From Candidatus Heimdallarchaeota archaeon (GTDB lineage: Archaea > Asgardarchaeota > Heimdallarchaeia > Heimdallarchaeales > Heimdallarchaeaceae), in the NCBI GenBank assembly GCA_021399345.1, contig JAAFKI010000112.1:128001-192000 (forward strand): a stretch of DNA of 64,000 bases, written 5' to 3'. A program made the translations under genes and the position numbers. Positions 28,948 through 38,900 of this stretch are shown piece by piece. Position 1 is the stretch's first letter. Each line of letters opens with the position of its first letter. A model generated the notes under the pieces. That model had not been told where the DNA came from and ran no database searches. It was given only the letters and a program-made list of their open reading frames with translations.

Positions 28948-30612
28948 TTAACCGGGCAATCTATCGATTAAACCCTTTATGAATGTCATATATTTCATAA
29001 ACATGTGTTCTGGTATAATACGTGGTTTTGCCAAATAGGCCTCAATTCTAATTAATGTGTCAAGCAGATCTTTTTGACTTAGTGATGGATCTCTTATACT
29101 GAAGTACTCTGCTATTTCTTGAGGTGAGGACATTGATTGTTTTGTCACCTTTCTCAATCCTCTCAACATTGTTCTGTGAAGTAGACCCACTGCCTCACTA
29201 TATGCCCCCGTGTCAACTATCCTCCGTATCTCTCTTTCAAACCTTGACCTTCCTTTTTCTCCTCTATACTTTGTCCAAAGTATTGGAGTCAGACGGGTTT
29301 TCTTTGGTATCAAACGATATCCCAATATAGCAAAAATAATAGGTATAAATGGTGCATATAGAGGAAACATGGACATTTCTGTAATAAATCTCATTAAAAC
29401 CATGGAGTATACTGTAGCACTATAGAACTTCTGATGTGCGTGCCCTTCATCAAAAATTATGGGTACGGATTTTGGATCAGTTGTATTCATATCTGCTGTA
29501 AGATAATTGAATAAATTGATCGAGAATTGTGCATTATCATTCTCTGTTGGTTGGTCAATCCATTTATTGATAAATATGTCTGGATCTCCAATCATAACTA
29601 TTTTTCCTCGGCCTATTGGTAGAGTCATAATAGGCGCAAACATGGCATTACCCCATTCATCAGCATCAGGTGTTGCTGTTCCTTCCTTTGCAGATTGGAA
29701 ATCTGATTCTAACCAAGATGATTCGGTTGTGTAAAAAGGTAGGAATGGCAAGAAGAAATAACCTGCATCAATACCTAGATGTTCAAGCAAGTTAATAGCT
29801 TGCAGCGGCATCCAATCTGTTCTGTAAGCTTTGACTGTTTCAGCCTCATCTAGAAAGAATGAATGATTTATAGCAACGCTTAATGCTGTTCCAAATTCCA
29901 TCTGAAGTCTATCAACACCAGATGTTAACGGTGTTGAAACAGCTGGGGTTAGAATTGGCTGGGCAGGATTAACTGTATAACTTTCAGCATCCATCAATAC
30001 AGAACCATTAAAAGCAATACCTTTCATCATACCTAGCAGTTCGAAGAAAATGGTTTCTTCTGTTACTCCACCACCCTCTTCACCAAATCCGAACATTTCA
30101 GCTAAGGAAGGTATACCACCCTGCATCATAGCGATTTGATCCCAAGTATTAATTATATTAAATAATGGTTCGAATATTTCAGCCCCTGTTCCATAATCGT
30201 CAGCAACTAGTAAACTTCCTCCTCTCGCTAGGAAAGTTATTAGTGAGATTGTGTCAGTTGTGCTATACTGTGTAGCTGGTCCGATTATCGCAAAAACACC
30301 GGGTTCATATACTCTATTCAACAAAGATAAAGAAGACATACCATTGGTAATACCAGTAAAACCATCATTTTCAAGCACTTGACGTACACTAGATAAACCA
30401 TCCCAACTATCACTATAAATACTGAATTTTGTCCCATATCCACCTAGACCTACAAGACCTAGAAAGATAGGTACTACTACGATCATGAACAGAATAGACA
30501 TCACAATTGTGTATTTTGTGAAACTAAATTTAGGTAATTTAAATCTAGTTCTTGCTCTTGATTGTCTTTCTTGTTCTGCCTTTGCTCTTGGTTGGTTTCC
30601 TTGTTGGCTCAA
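28948..30612 (-). CDS. DUF4350 domain membrane protein (operon A)
   Basis: TM, then FSIYSDSWDGLS, FLARGGSLLVADD, GKIVMIGDPDIFIN, IIFDEGH, TM, helical cytoplasmic tail. Confidence 0.8.
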   Translation of the reverse strand: MSQQGNQPRAKAEQERQSRARTRFKLPKFSFTKYTIVMSILFMIVVVPIFLGLVGLGGYGTKFSIYSDSWDGLSSVRQVLENDGFTGITNGMSSLSLLNRVYEPGVFAIIGPATQYSTTDTISLITFLARGGSLLVADDYGTGAEIFEPLFNIINTWDQIAMMQGGIPSLAEMFGFGEEGGGVTEETIFFELLGMMKGIAFNGSVLMDAESYTVNPAQPILTPAVSTPLTSGVDRLQMEFGTALSVAINHSFFLDEAETVKAYRTDWMPLQAINLLEHLGIDAGYFFLPFLPFYTTESSWLESDFQSAKEGTATPDADEWGNAMFAPIMTLPIGRGKIVMIGDPDIFINKWIDQPTENDNAQFSINLFNYLTADMNTTDPKSVPIIFDEGHAHQKFYSATVYSMVLMRFITEMSMFPLYAPFIPIIFAILGYRLIPKKTRLTPILWTKYRGEKGRSRFEREIRRIVDTGAYSEAVGLLHRTMLRGLRKVTKQSMSSPQEIAEYFSIRDPSLSQKDLLDTLIRIEAYLAKPRIIPEHMFMKYMTFIKGLIDRLPG

Positions 30613-31000
30613 CTACTTCTACACCCTGTTCTCTTATTCCTCTGAAACAGATATCTAGTCTCTGAATTGCTTCTTGATAATCGTCATAAGATATATCGGC
30701 ATCAGTATAACGTGCTATCTCAAATGATGTTAAGTATTCATCCATAACTTCATGTGAAATATTAGCTGTGTTTGCTACATTAATACCAAATTCTCGTCCT
30801 GTTTCATAAGGAGCACGAGCCATGCTAAGAAGACCATCAGCGATGTTTGTTAAACCTCCAAAAGAGGCTATTACAGCACCTCTATAGTCTTGTCGTTGCT
30901 CGAAAATTCTAACATCTGCCATTACAGATGTAAACATTTGGTTTAAAGCCTTAACTTGTTTTCTTCTTTTAAAGAATCCAGAGGATTTACTACGACTCAA
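30545..31000 (-). CDS. Stand-alone DUF4129 protein (operon A)
   Basis: RAPYETGREF...LTSFEIARY motif; TTG start behind AGGTGA. Confidence 0.8.
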   Translation of the reverse strand: MSRSKSSGFFKRRKQVKALNQMFTSVMADVRIFEQRQDYRGAVIASFGGLTNIADGLLSMARAPYETGREFGINVANTANISHEVMDEYLTSFEIARYTDADISYDDYQEAIQRLDICFRGIREQGVEVVEPTRKPTKSKGRTRKTIKSKN

Positions 31001-34000
31001 TTTTCATTTCACCTACTTCAATTTTATCTACTATTTTTAATAATGCACGCACTCCAGCATTGAAATCTTTTTCAGTGATTTCCTCAAAACCATATCGTGC
31101 TTTTTCGAAATACTCTAAAAGAGTACCAATGAGCTCGCGCTCAATTTTACTTTTGTAAGCTAATAATCTTGCAAATTCTGTAGGAGTCTGACTCCTATAT
31201 CTTGGGAGATCATAGAATTCTCTACCAATACCCTCCACAACACTCCATGTCTTTAACAAACCCTGTTTATATCTTCCCTCTAGCCCATCTTTCTTAATAT
31301 CATCAATTATCTCTCGCAGATAATCTCTCAATCTTCTTCTGAATGTTTGTTTCTGGGCATATGTTTTGATTGTATGTCTATTGAACCAGAGGAATAAACC
31401 TGCTAGAATAAGAACAACTGCACCAGCTGCTCCACCTATAATTGCTCCTAAATTACCTATTCCTAATCCACTGCTTTCATAGACTACTGATAAGCTTCTT
31501 AATACAGAACCCGTATTTTCAACTGCATCAGTTGCTGCTATCGTATAAAGGAGAGCATATGTTCCTGAAGTTCTGAATCTAAATTGTGACAAATCTACTG
31601 TTGCTGTGAAAATATCACTAGTACCTATTCTAGTCATTTCTACAGAATAATCTTCAACAACAATTGTAGTTCCAAGTGAAATTGTAATATTAATAGTAAC
31701 AGTAGAAACATTGGTTAATATGTCTATTACTGATGCATTGAATGTTAAAACAGAATCAGGATCAGCTGTACCATTAATTGCATTTACAGTAATTGCGAAA
31801 ATGTTAGGACTATCAGAATCATCTGTAATGAAAAACATTGAAGGAAATAATCCTAGATTAGGCTGAGGTAATGCATTATCATAAGCTCCATAATACCAAG
31901 TATAGTTGTAATTATAATCTAAATCTATATGGTAAGTCCATTCATTTGTAAATGGAACATTTATCATAAGATCTTGAAAGTTTACATCTACAACATTTGT
32001 TAGAAGATTTCTACCTGTAACATTAATTGCAACAAACCACATACCGCTATAAACTTTTGAATCATTAACGAACACAGAAATATCAATAAATGGATTAGGA
32101 ATATTACCTGAATAAGTTACCACAGGAACTGCAACTGCCTCTGGAGGATGAAAATCTCCCACTCTATATAATCCATCTTCAGTATCCGTATAACCAAAAT
32201 TAGCATCATACCACTGCGCTGGAAGAATTTGTCTACTTCCAAATTCATCTAAACCATGTCCTGCATAATCTTTTACTTCCACTGAATATTCAACATACCA
32301 TTGACTTTGAGAAGCATTCATGGTTATGTTATCTTCATATGTGTCAGGTGCAATGTTGGTTAAAGTGACACTGCTTGTTGAATCGTAAACACCTAATTCA
32401 TCATATAAATCATAGTAGATTATAACGGATCTAACCCCTGAATCTGCGTCTGTTGCAACTACTGTGAAAGTAATATTGAAATAAGGATCATGACTTGCAG
32501 TGCTGTTTGGATCAGGTGATAAATTAACACTTACTAAAACAGGTGCTTCAGTATCAGGACCATAAATATTAATCGTTTGTGTGATAGTTGTTGCTGGAGC
32601 ATAATCTCCACCTATTGCTATCAAATCTCCTGTAAAAGCAAGATTGTGATCCCATCCTGCTCCTAAATGTGTCTTATCATATCTCACATAATTTTGTCCT
32701 GCAGTTACAAAGAAGAATGCTTCTTCACCAGCAAAAGTTATTGATATCCTTGCACCTACAGGATTTCCTCCCCATTGATCCTGTGCTTGAAGTTCATAAT
32801 ACTCATCATTTATATCAAAGTCATTCCAAAAAGTTCTATTCCACACATCTCTTGAAGTACCATCTAAAGCTGCCCCTCCATCATTATCAGTTAGAGTTAA
32901 TGAAAGAGCATAATACATATTAAAGTTGTCAGCAGCAGTTGGAGAACTTGGAGCATAATATTTGTAAGTTCCTCCATCATAATCTAATCCTGTAACAGTT
33001 ATAGGTTCTGTTTGAGCTTGAACTGCATAACTGGGAACTAGAGATATTATATCTCTATCTCCACTAGCTGTAGTAAAGTAGAAATCAGGTGGCTCACCTG
33101 TGAAATCTATTTGAAATTGTGAGATAGGACATAAATTCCCATTAATGTCTTCAATTTCTACAGTGAAGTCAATCGGTAATCCTACTGTATAGGAACTTAT
33201 TATATCAGCGATTGTTATACGAACCGTCGTTATGTTTACAGTTAATACTGAATCTAAGGAATCTCCAATCATTCTTGCTCCAGGAAATTCTGCAGCTACA
33301 GGTTGAAGGTAAACAATAAAACCTTGTGTTATATCAGAAACATTAACTAATGGGTTCAAGTATGTGCTAAATTTAATTCCACCTGTAGAATTAGTTGTGT
33401 ATATATCACTTGGAGAGGTATGATTAGATCCATCATAATAATAATATACATTTATCGTTTTTGCGGATTCTAAACCTGAGCTAGAAGATAAGTTTGCTTG
33501 TATTTCAAAGGTATCTCCTATTTCAATTTCCATTGGTATTTTGCTTAATGCACTTCCTATGTTATAATAAGCATCGACTAGTGCTGATTCTTCCGTATTT
33601 CCAAATGCAGATCCAAGTAAGTGTAGAGCAGGATTAAAAGTACCTATTCTCACAAAGAAGCTGAAAGGTAATTGAGTTATATCATAATCTACATCATATG
33701 TTACACTGTCAGTTCCAGCTGCAGGTGCTATTCCACTATATATATGCTGATTGGATGCAAAAACTGCAGTTCCACTATCATCAAACGCATCATAAGTTGC
33801 CCAATCAACAACATAATCAAAACTGGTTCCTGTTGGATCTAAAACAGTTCCATTATCAAAAAGAATCTGTGTTGTAAAAGAATAAGGAAAATTAGGATTA
33901 CCAACTACTGGATTAATACTAAATTCAAGCTCACCATAAATTTCAACTATTACATCTCCAGGACTTCCTTCTAACCTATTTGGATCAGTTAAACTACCTC

Positions 34001-34634
34001 TGAACCAAGTCAATAATGTGATTTCACCAACTTTGGAAAACGGATCTATTGATAGGTCTGAAGTAACTAAATCTATACTAAAAACACCAAGGCTATTAGT
34101 TATTGCAGAACCCACTTCATATTGAGGGTTTCCCTCATAGAATAGTTTGTTCCCTTCAAATGTTGCCTTAGTAATATTATAGTAAAGATATACAGTTTCA
34201 CCATCCCAAAAATCCCCAGGCAAACCTGAAGTAAGAACACCAGTTACAGTAATAGTAACTCCTCTGATATATTGACTACTTGGTGTTGGAAGAGTAATTG
34301 TTTGAGAATCTCCCAAATCGGGGTCTAATAGGTCTGAATTCTTCAACCTAACTTCTAAAATCTGTGCTTCTGGTTTTCTAGCACCACTAAGATTTTCAAC
34401 AAGATTCGATTCATAACCGGGATAACTTTGTCTGTAAGGGAGATTAAATTGAAATTCATTTTTGGTAAGTTCAATTGGGAATTCTTTCCGTAATTCTGAA
34501 GAACCAGTTGATACTGATGAAAGATCTTGAATTTGTTTATTGATTATTGCTTCACTATAAACAGGAATTATCAAACTGCTAGTTAGTCCTACTAGAAAAA
34601 CAATTGTCAATATTTGAAAGGTCCTTCTGTTCAT
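30990..34634 (-). CDS. Large secreted Ig-repeat protein with single TM and cytoplasmic DUF4129 domain (operon A)
   Basis: Signal peptide; beta-rich repeats (DTEAPVL, DFHPPEA, DSDSPNI); TM GAIIGGAAGAVVLILAGLFLW; RYRSQTPTEF...YFEKARYG. Confidence 0.8.
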   Translation of the reverse strand: MNRRTFQILTIVFLVGLTSSLIIPVYSEAIINKQIQDLSSVSTGSSELRKEFPIELTKNEFQFNLPYRQSYPGYESNLVENLSGARKPEAQILEVRLKNSDLLDPDLGDSQTITLPTPSSQYIRGVTITVTGVLTSGLPGDFWDGETVYLYYNITKATFEGNKLFYEGNPQYEVGSAITNSLGVFSIDLVTSDLSIDPFSKVGEITLLTWFRGSLTDPNRLEGSPGDVIVEIYGELEFSINPVVGNPNFPYSFTTQILFDNGTVLDPTGTSFDYVVDWATYDAFDDSGTAVFASNQHIYSGIAPAAGTDSVTYDVDYDITQLPFSFFVRIGTFNPALHLLGSAFGNTEESALVDAYYNIGSALSKIPMEIEIGDTFEIQANLSSSSGLESAKTINVYYYYDGSNHTSPSDIYTTNSTGGIKFSTYLNPLVNVSDITQGFIVYLQPVAAEFPGARMIGDSLDSVLTVNITTVRITIADIISSYTVGLPIDFTVEIEDINGNLCPISQFQIDFTGEPPDFYFTTASGDRDIISLVPSYAVQAQTEPITVTGLDYDGGTYKYYAPSSPTAADNFNMYYALSLTLTDNDGGAALDGTSRDVWNRTFWNDFDINDEYYELQAQDQWGGNPVGARISITFAGEEAFFFVTAGQNYVRYDKTHLGAGWDHNLAFTGDLIAIGGDYAPATTITQTINIYGPDTEAPVLVSVNLSPDPNSTASHDPYFNITFTVVATDADSGVRSVIIYYDLYDELGVYDSTSSVTLTNIAPDTYEDNITMNASQSQWYVEYSVEVKDYAGHGLDEFGSRQILPAQWYDANFGYTDTEDGLYRVGDFHPPEAVAVPVVTYSGNIPNPFIDISVFVNDSKVYSGMWFVAINVTGRNLLTNVVDVNFQDLMINVPFTNEWTYHIDLDYNYNYTWYYGAYDNALPQPNLGLFPSMFFITDDSDSPNIFAITVNAINGTADPDSVLTFNASVIDILTNVSTVTINITISLGTTIVVEDYSVEMTRIGTSDIFTATVDLSQFRFRTSGTYALLYTIAATDAVENTGSVLRSLSVVYESSGLGIGNLGAIIGGAAGAVVLILAGLFLWFNRHTIKTYAQKQTFRRRLRDYLREIIDDIKKDGLEGRYKQGLLKTWSVVEGIGREFYDLPRYRSQTPTEFARLLAYKSKIERELIGTLLEYFEKARYGFEEITEKDFNAGVRALLKIVDKIEVGEMKIES

Positions 34635-34635
34635 T

Positions 34636-37600
34636 TCAGTATTTCACATCCTTATTAATCAGAATGGTAATGCACTCAATTTCCGATAGAAATTCTGCAC
34701 AATTGTAATTCGCTAATTCAAGTATTCCGATGTTGGTAATTCCATATGGTGTCATAATCTGCGAGGATGCAGTAGATTCTGCACCTATGACCTTGTAGCT
34801 CATATGAGATGGTGGAAATGCAATAGTTATTTGCGCAGATATATTCCACGTATCTAGATAAAATACTACCAATCGGTAGAAATTCGGTCCGTATTCTGTA
34901 ACATCTACATTAAGAGTTGTATTAAAGAAGCCATTAATATCTGAGTAACCACTGCCCACATCATTTGCATCATACTGTTCAATAAGCAGATTTGTACTAT
35001 CTCTGTCAAGAACAAATTCATCGAGTAATGTTGTAGCATCGGTTTTATCTGCTGCATCATATGTTGCTTGATTAACTAACCATATTTCTACATTTTCACC
35101 AGTTATAGGGCTTGGTGACCCACCAGGGGGTTCTTGATAAACATAAATATCAACATCAGGAGTGAAGATATCTCCATCAACTCCCTGATCATGGTAATAA
35201 TCACTTGAATCTACAGTTGAATACTTCCCATCGAAATAAAGCATAATTGTGTAAGTATAATTCTGTCCAAACAAGGCTGCAATATAGTACGCAGCACCAA
35301 CTGTAACAGGAGGAGTTAAGGTTGATAAAACATTAGTTGTCCCTAGCATGGTATAAACACTCGAATTACCATTTGGATCCGTATATGCAGATCCTATTAT
35401 TCTTAATGTAGCAGGATCCAATGTTCCAAGAAGTAAATCATTTTTCTCATTTTCATCTAAAATGTAGTAAGTAACTAAGCGACCTTCTAAAGGTATTGTC
35501 AGGTTAGCGAGTTCAAATAGTTCAGTTGAAATTTGATATTGAACTCCTTTTTGCATTAAGAATAAATCAAACACTCCTACTGGAGGTGGACTTGGATTTG
35601 GAAGTGTATCTTTTGTAGCGTTTATACTTATACCCGTTAGATATCCAGTAGGTATAATTACAAATCCCGTATAATTAGTTGAAAGTAACGTCACGTAAGC
35701 TAATAACACATAAGCCGTTCCTCCGGGATTACTCGGATTGTAAACAGTATATTGTACAGGATTCCATTCCGTATAAAGTTCAGCTACTCCTCCAGCTACA
35801 GAAACAGCTGTACCTAGATTGTTTGCTACAGACAATAATCCTGCAGGATTTGTTGAATATGCCTGTAATTGAGCTACTGTTACTGTTGCAAAATTAACCG
35901 TAGATCCCTCTACAAAGCCTGTTTCATCACTGACTGTTGCTCTAAGAGTATAAGTTTTGGCGTAATCTGTAAGATAAACATCTTCGCCATCTATGTTTTG
36001 CTTGGTAACTGGTAAATACAAAGCTGGTTCTCCAAACATTTCTATGCTTACATTGAATGAAGAGTATAGAGTGTTTTCACAATAATACATTGAACTTGTA
36101 TCTATATCAACATAAGGTCCCATTTGGAACTGACCCCATTTGAAGGTAGGTCCTCCAACACCATCATCAACTGGAATAAGAGCTTCTACCCAAGCATAAA
36201 TATTTTCAGATAATGAAAGGGTTCTAACTGTAGCAGTTCCATCTCCAATTGCAAAACCAATAACGGGACGACATGGAATATTATTTAATCTTAAAGTCAT
36301 AATGGCCAAAGCTATATAAGCGGATGCTGAGGTATCTGAACCTTCCAGAAGAAGTTCTGCTCTATCTCGACCATTGTTATCGTCATTATCAGCTGTAGGC
36401 ATCCCAAAATCGGATAGTATCTTTTCTAGAATGTATGATGTTTGCTGGTACATTGTATGACCATTTGTTATTCCATGTTCAGTAGCATTTGCCGCATAAG
36501 CAGCTACCAAAGGAGAGATGGTTTCATAATTCAACGGCTTCTGAAGGAAACGAGCGAATGTTGAATTATACCAACTCGTATGAAGATAAGTATAATCATC
36601 ATAATTTGTTGAATCTGAAATAATGGAGGAGAGGTTGTCATCACTGATAAAATAAGGTTGATAATTGAAATCTCCAAAGAATCCTATTTGATTAGTTGTA
36701 GCTTTCAAAGACAACATGTCATTTAGATTATATTTGACATTAGCTGTTCCTTCTACAGCACACACAGTACCATTTTCATCAACTAAGTTATCTGTCCAGT
36801 TTAAATCATTTGTCAAGAATGGTTCATTATAATTATTACTCCAAGTGGATATTAATTGTGTAAGCAGAGCTGTTTGAACACTATAAACCAATTGAGTTAC
36901 ATCTAATTGTTGATAGCTACTTGGAGGGTCTGAATGTACAGCTGGGTCATTATTTTCAGCTGTTAAATCAAATCTAGTTTCGCCACTCGTCTCAATAAAA
37001 TCCCACGAGCTCGCTTGATAATTATCCCTAACATCCCACCGATAGAGATAGTTCCCTAATGTACCAGAAAGAGCTTCTACTTGTGCTATTTCATCTATAT
37101 CGAGATCTGGGTCTATATCCATGTTATCTAGAAGATCTAGTATACCATCTATGTAAAACGGTGCATCTCCTGTAAAAAGCGAATCAAACCATGAAGGATT
37201 GGTGTCCATTGGTGTGATATCACCAGGAGGTAAATCACGATATTTTCCAATCAAATTAAAATAAGGAGTAAAGAAAGAAACTAATAATGAACCTATGATA
37301 AAACCTACAACCATTATCCTTTTCACATTATGTCTTGTGCGTATTTTTGGGAAAGAAAATGATTTTGCTTCAAAAGCCAACAGGACTAAAAATACCTCTA
37401 GTATTAAAACAACGGGTACAATGTACTTCAGAAATAGATCGGGCAATGGAATAGGAATAAATTCAATAAAATAACTGTTAATAATTGTTACAATTAAAAG
37501 CCCAAGAAATAAAATAGAAAAAGCTATGTTCCAAGCAGTTATACCCCTTGGCATCATTGTAGCGACGGGTAATTTGGTACTTCCTTTTTTCATCTTTTTA

Positions 37601-37689
37601 TATTTAGGAACTACTGCAGGTTTTGTCTTTAGCTTAGCTCCCTCTTTAAACCGCTTAGTGTTTTTAGCCGAATCTTCGCTTTCTGACAT
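34636..37689 (-). CDS. Membrane-anchored transglutaminase-like protein, catalytic triad apparently lost, with C-terminal Ig-like repeats (operon A)
   Basis: 3 N-terminal TM; core AIMTLRLNNIPCRPVIGF...YAWVEALIP...WGQFQMGP. Confidence 0.75.
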   Translation of the reverse strand: MSESEDSAKNTKRFKEGAKLKTKPAVVPKYKKMKKGSTKLPVATMMPRGITAWNIAFSILFLGLLIVTIINSYFIEFIPIPLPDLFLKYIVPVVLILEVFLVLLAFEAKSFSFPKIRTRHNVKRIMVVGFIIGSLLVSFFTPYFNLIGKYRDLPPGDITPMDTNPSWFDSLFTGDAPFYIDGILDLLDNMDIDPDLDIDEIAQVEALSGTLGNYLYRWDVRDNYQASSWDFIETSGETRFDLTAENNDPAVHSDPPSSYQQLDVTQLVYSVQTALLTQLISTWSNNYNEPFLTNDLNWTDNLVDENGTVCAVEGTANVKYNLNDMLSLKATTNQIGFFGDFNYQPYFISDDNLSSIISDSTNYDDYTYLHTSWYNSTFARFLQKPLNYETISPLVAAYAANATEHGITNGHTMYQQTSYILEKILSDFGMPTADNDDNNGRDRAELLLEGSDTSASAYIALAIMTLRLNNIPCRPVIGFAIGDGTATVRTLSLSENIYAWVEALIPVDDGVGGPTFKWGQFQMGPYVDIDTSSMYYCENTLYSSFNVSIEMFGEPALYLPVTKQNIDGEDVYLTDYAKTYTLRATVSDETGFVEGSTVNFATVTVAQLQAYSTNPAGLLSVANNLGTAVSVAGGVAELYTEWNPVQYTVYNPSNPGGTAYVLLAYVTLLSTNYTGFVIIPTGYLTGISINATKDTLPNPSPPPVGVFDLFLMQKGVQYQISTELFELANLTIPLEGRLVTYYILDENEKNDLLLGTLDPATLRIIGSAYTDPNGNSSVYTMLGTTNVLSTLTPPVTVGAAYYIAALFGQNYTYTIMLYFDGKYSTVDSSDYYHDQGVDGDIFTPDVDIYVYQEPPGGSPSPITGENVEIWLVNQATYDAADKTDATTLLDEFVLDRDSTNLLIEQYDANDVGSGYSDINGFFNTTLNVDVTEYGPNFYRLVVFYLDTWNISAQITIAFPPSHMSYKVIGAESTASSQIMTPYGITNIGILELANYNCAEFLSEIECITILINKDVKY

Positions 37690-38088
37690 CTTCTTTCCTC
37701 GTGATTATAAAGTATCAAGAGTACCGATGGTTACCCTAATGACTCTATACTCCTACATTATTCAAAAACTTTTTGCGATATAAATACTTGCAAATTGGCC
37801 ATCAGCCTCGAGAAAAATAGAAGTGCTAAAATTCCTACTTTTAGACTTTGGGAAAGAAATTTACACACTTAGTTTAAATATAAACAAGTCTAAAACAGGT
37901 TTTTTGTGTTAATATATGATTTTGCATATAATATTACTGAAGTAAGGTATTACTAAAAGTTTGAAACAAATCTGAAAATAAACAATCTTGTGTTAATAAA
38001 TAAGCTACAAATTCAATCAATGAAGATGATGTAAAATCAACAAAACAAATTGTGAAGGAATGTCATACATTCATTAAAATATAACTCA

Positions 38089-38127
38089 CATTTATCGATA
38101 AATGGTGAACATTTCTCATATTGAGAA
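38089..38127. promoter_or_regulatory. Two adjacent palindromes upstream of thyX (candidate operator or hairpins)
   Basis: Perfect 16-bp CATTTATCGATAAATG (38089-38104) and TTCTCA-tat-TGAGAA (38113-38127). Confidence 0.35.
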
Positions 38128-38136
38128 CATCGCTAT

Positions 38137-38832
38137 TTGGAAGTGATATCCATTCAAGTAAAGCTGATCTCCTACCCAAAAGAAACTGATTTAATTGCTA
38201 AAATGGCTGCAGCAATCTGTTATTCAGGTGGTCATGATTACGAAGAAATAAGAAAAGATGCTGAGAGTAAACCTGCAGAATATCTTAGTATAATAGTTAA
38301 GAATGGTCATTTATCTATTCTCGAACATAATATCTATGTTTTCTATATTTCTGGTTTAAGTAGAGTAGCAAGTCATCAACTAGTCAGAAAGCGTATTGCT
38401 AGTTATTCCCAACAATCACAAAGATATGTTAATGCAAAAAATTTCAGAGCTGTTATTCCTGATACAATTGAAAAATCACAATTCCTAGAACAGTACAACA
38501 AGAAACTTGAGGATTGCAGCAATTTGTATCAACAAATGGTAGATGGGGGTATTCCGAAAGAAGACGCAAGATTCATCTTACCAGGTGCAACAACAACACA
38601 GCTGATGGTTTCCATGAACGCACACGCTTTAATCGACTTTTTTGTCCAGAGATTATGTGTGCGTAGTCAGTGGGAGATCAGACAACTAGCTGTGGCAATG
38701 TTGGAAGAAGCTCAGAAAGTTTCTCCTTTAATATTCAAGGATTTAGGTGCATATTGTGATTTTTACGGCTATTGTCCAGAAAATGACAAATCATGTGGAA
38801 GAATTAAAACTTTGAAAGAACTAATAAAATAA
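38137..38832 (+). CDS. thyX: FAD-dependent thymidylate synthase
   Basis: GHLSILEH, SRVASHQLVRKRIASYSQQSQRY, KEDARFILP, RLCVRSQWEIR, C-terminal Cys cluster. Confidence 0.92.
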   Translation: MEVISIQVKLISYPKETDLIAKMAAAICYSGGHDYEEIRKDAESKPAEYLSIIVKNGHLSILEHNIYVFYISGLSRVASHQLVRKRIASYSQQSQRYVNAKNFRAVIPDTIEKSQFLEQYNKKLEDCSNLYQQMVDGGIPKEDARFILPGATTTQLMVSMNAHALIDFFVQRLCVRSQWEIRQLAVAMLEEAQKVSPLIFKDLGAYCDFYGYCPENDKSCGRIKTLKELIK

Positions 38833-38900
38833 GGATAAGTAAGCATTCGAATTTTACTTCTTTAGTTTATAGCTATATAGTATACAATAATAGAAAGCAG

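Noticed and set aside
34630-34640. Possible frameshift or TGA readthrough fusing the TGase-like gene to the 1214-aa gene
   Set aside because: The downstream gene has its own ATG and signal peptide in a different frame, and no slippery site or SECIS-like element is evident.
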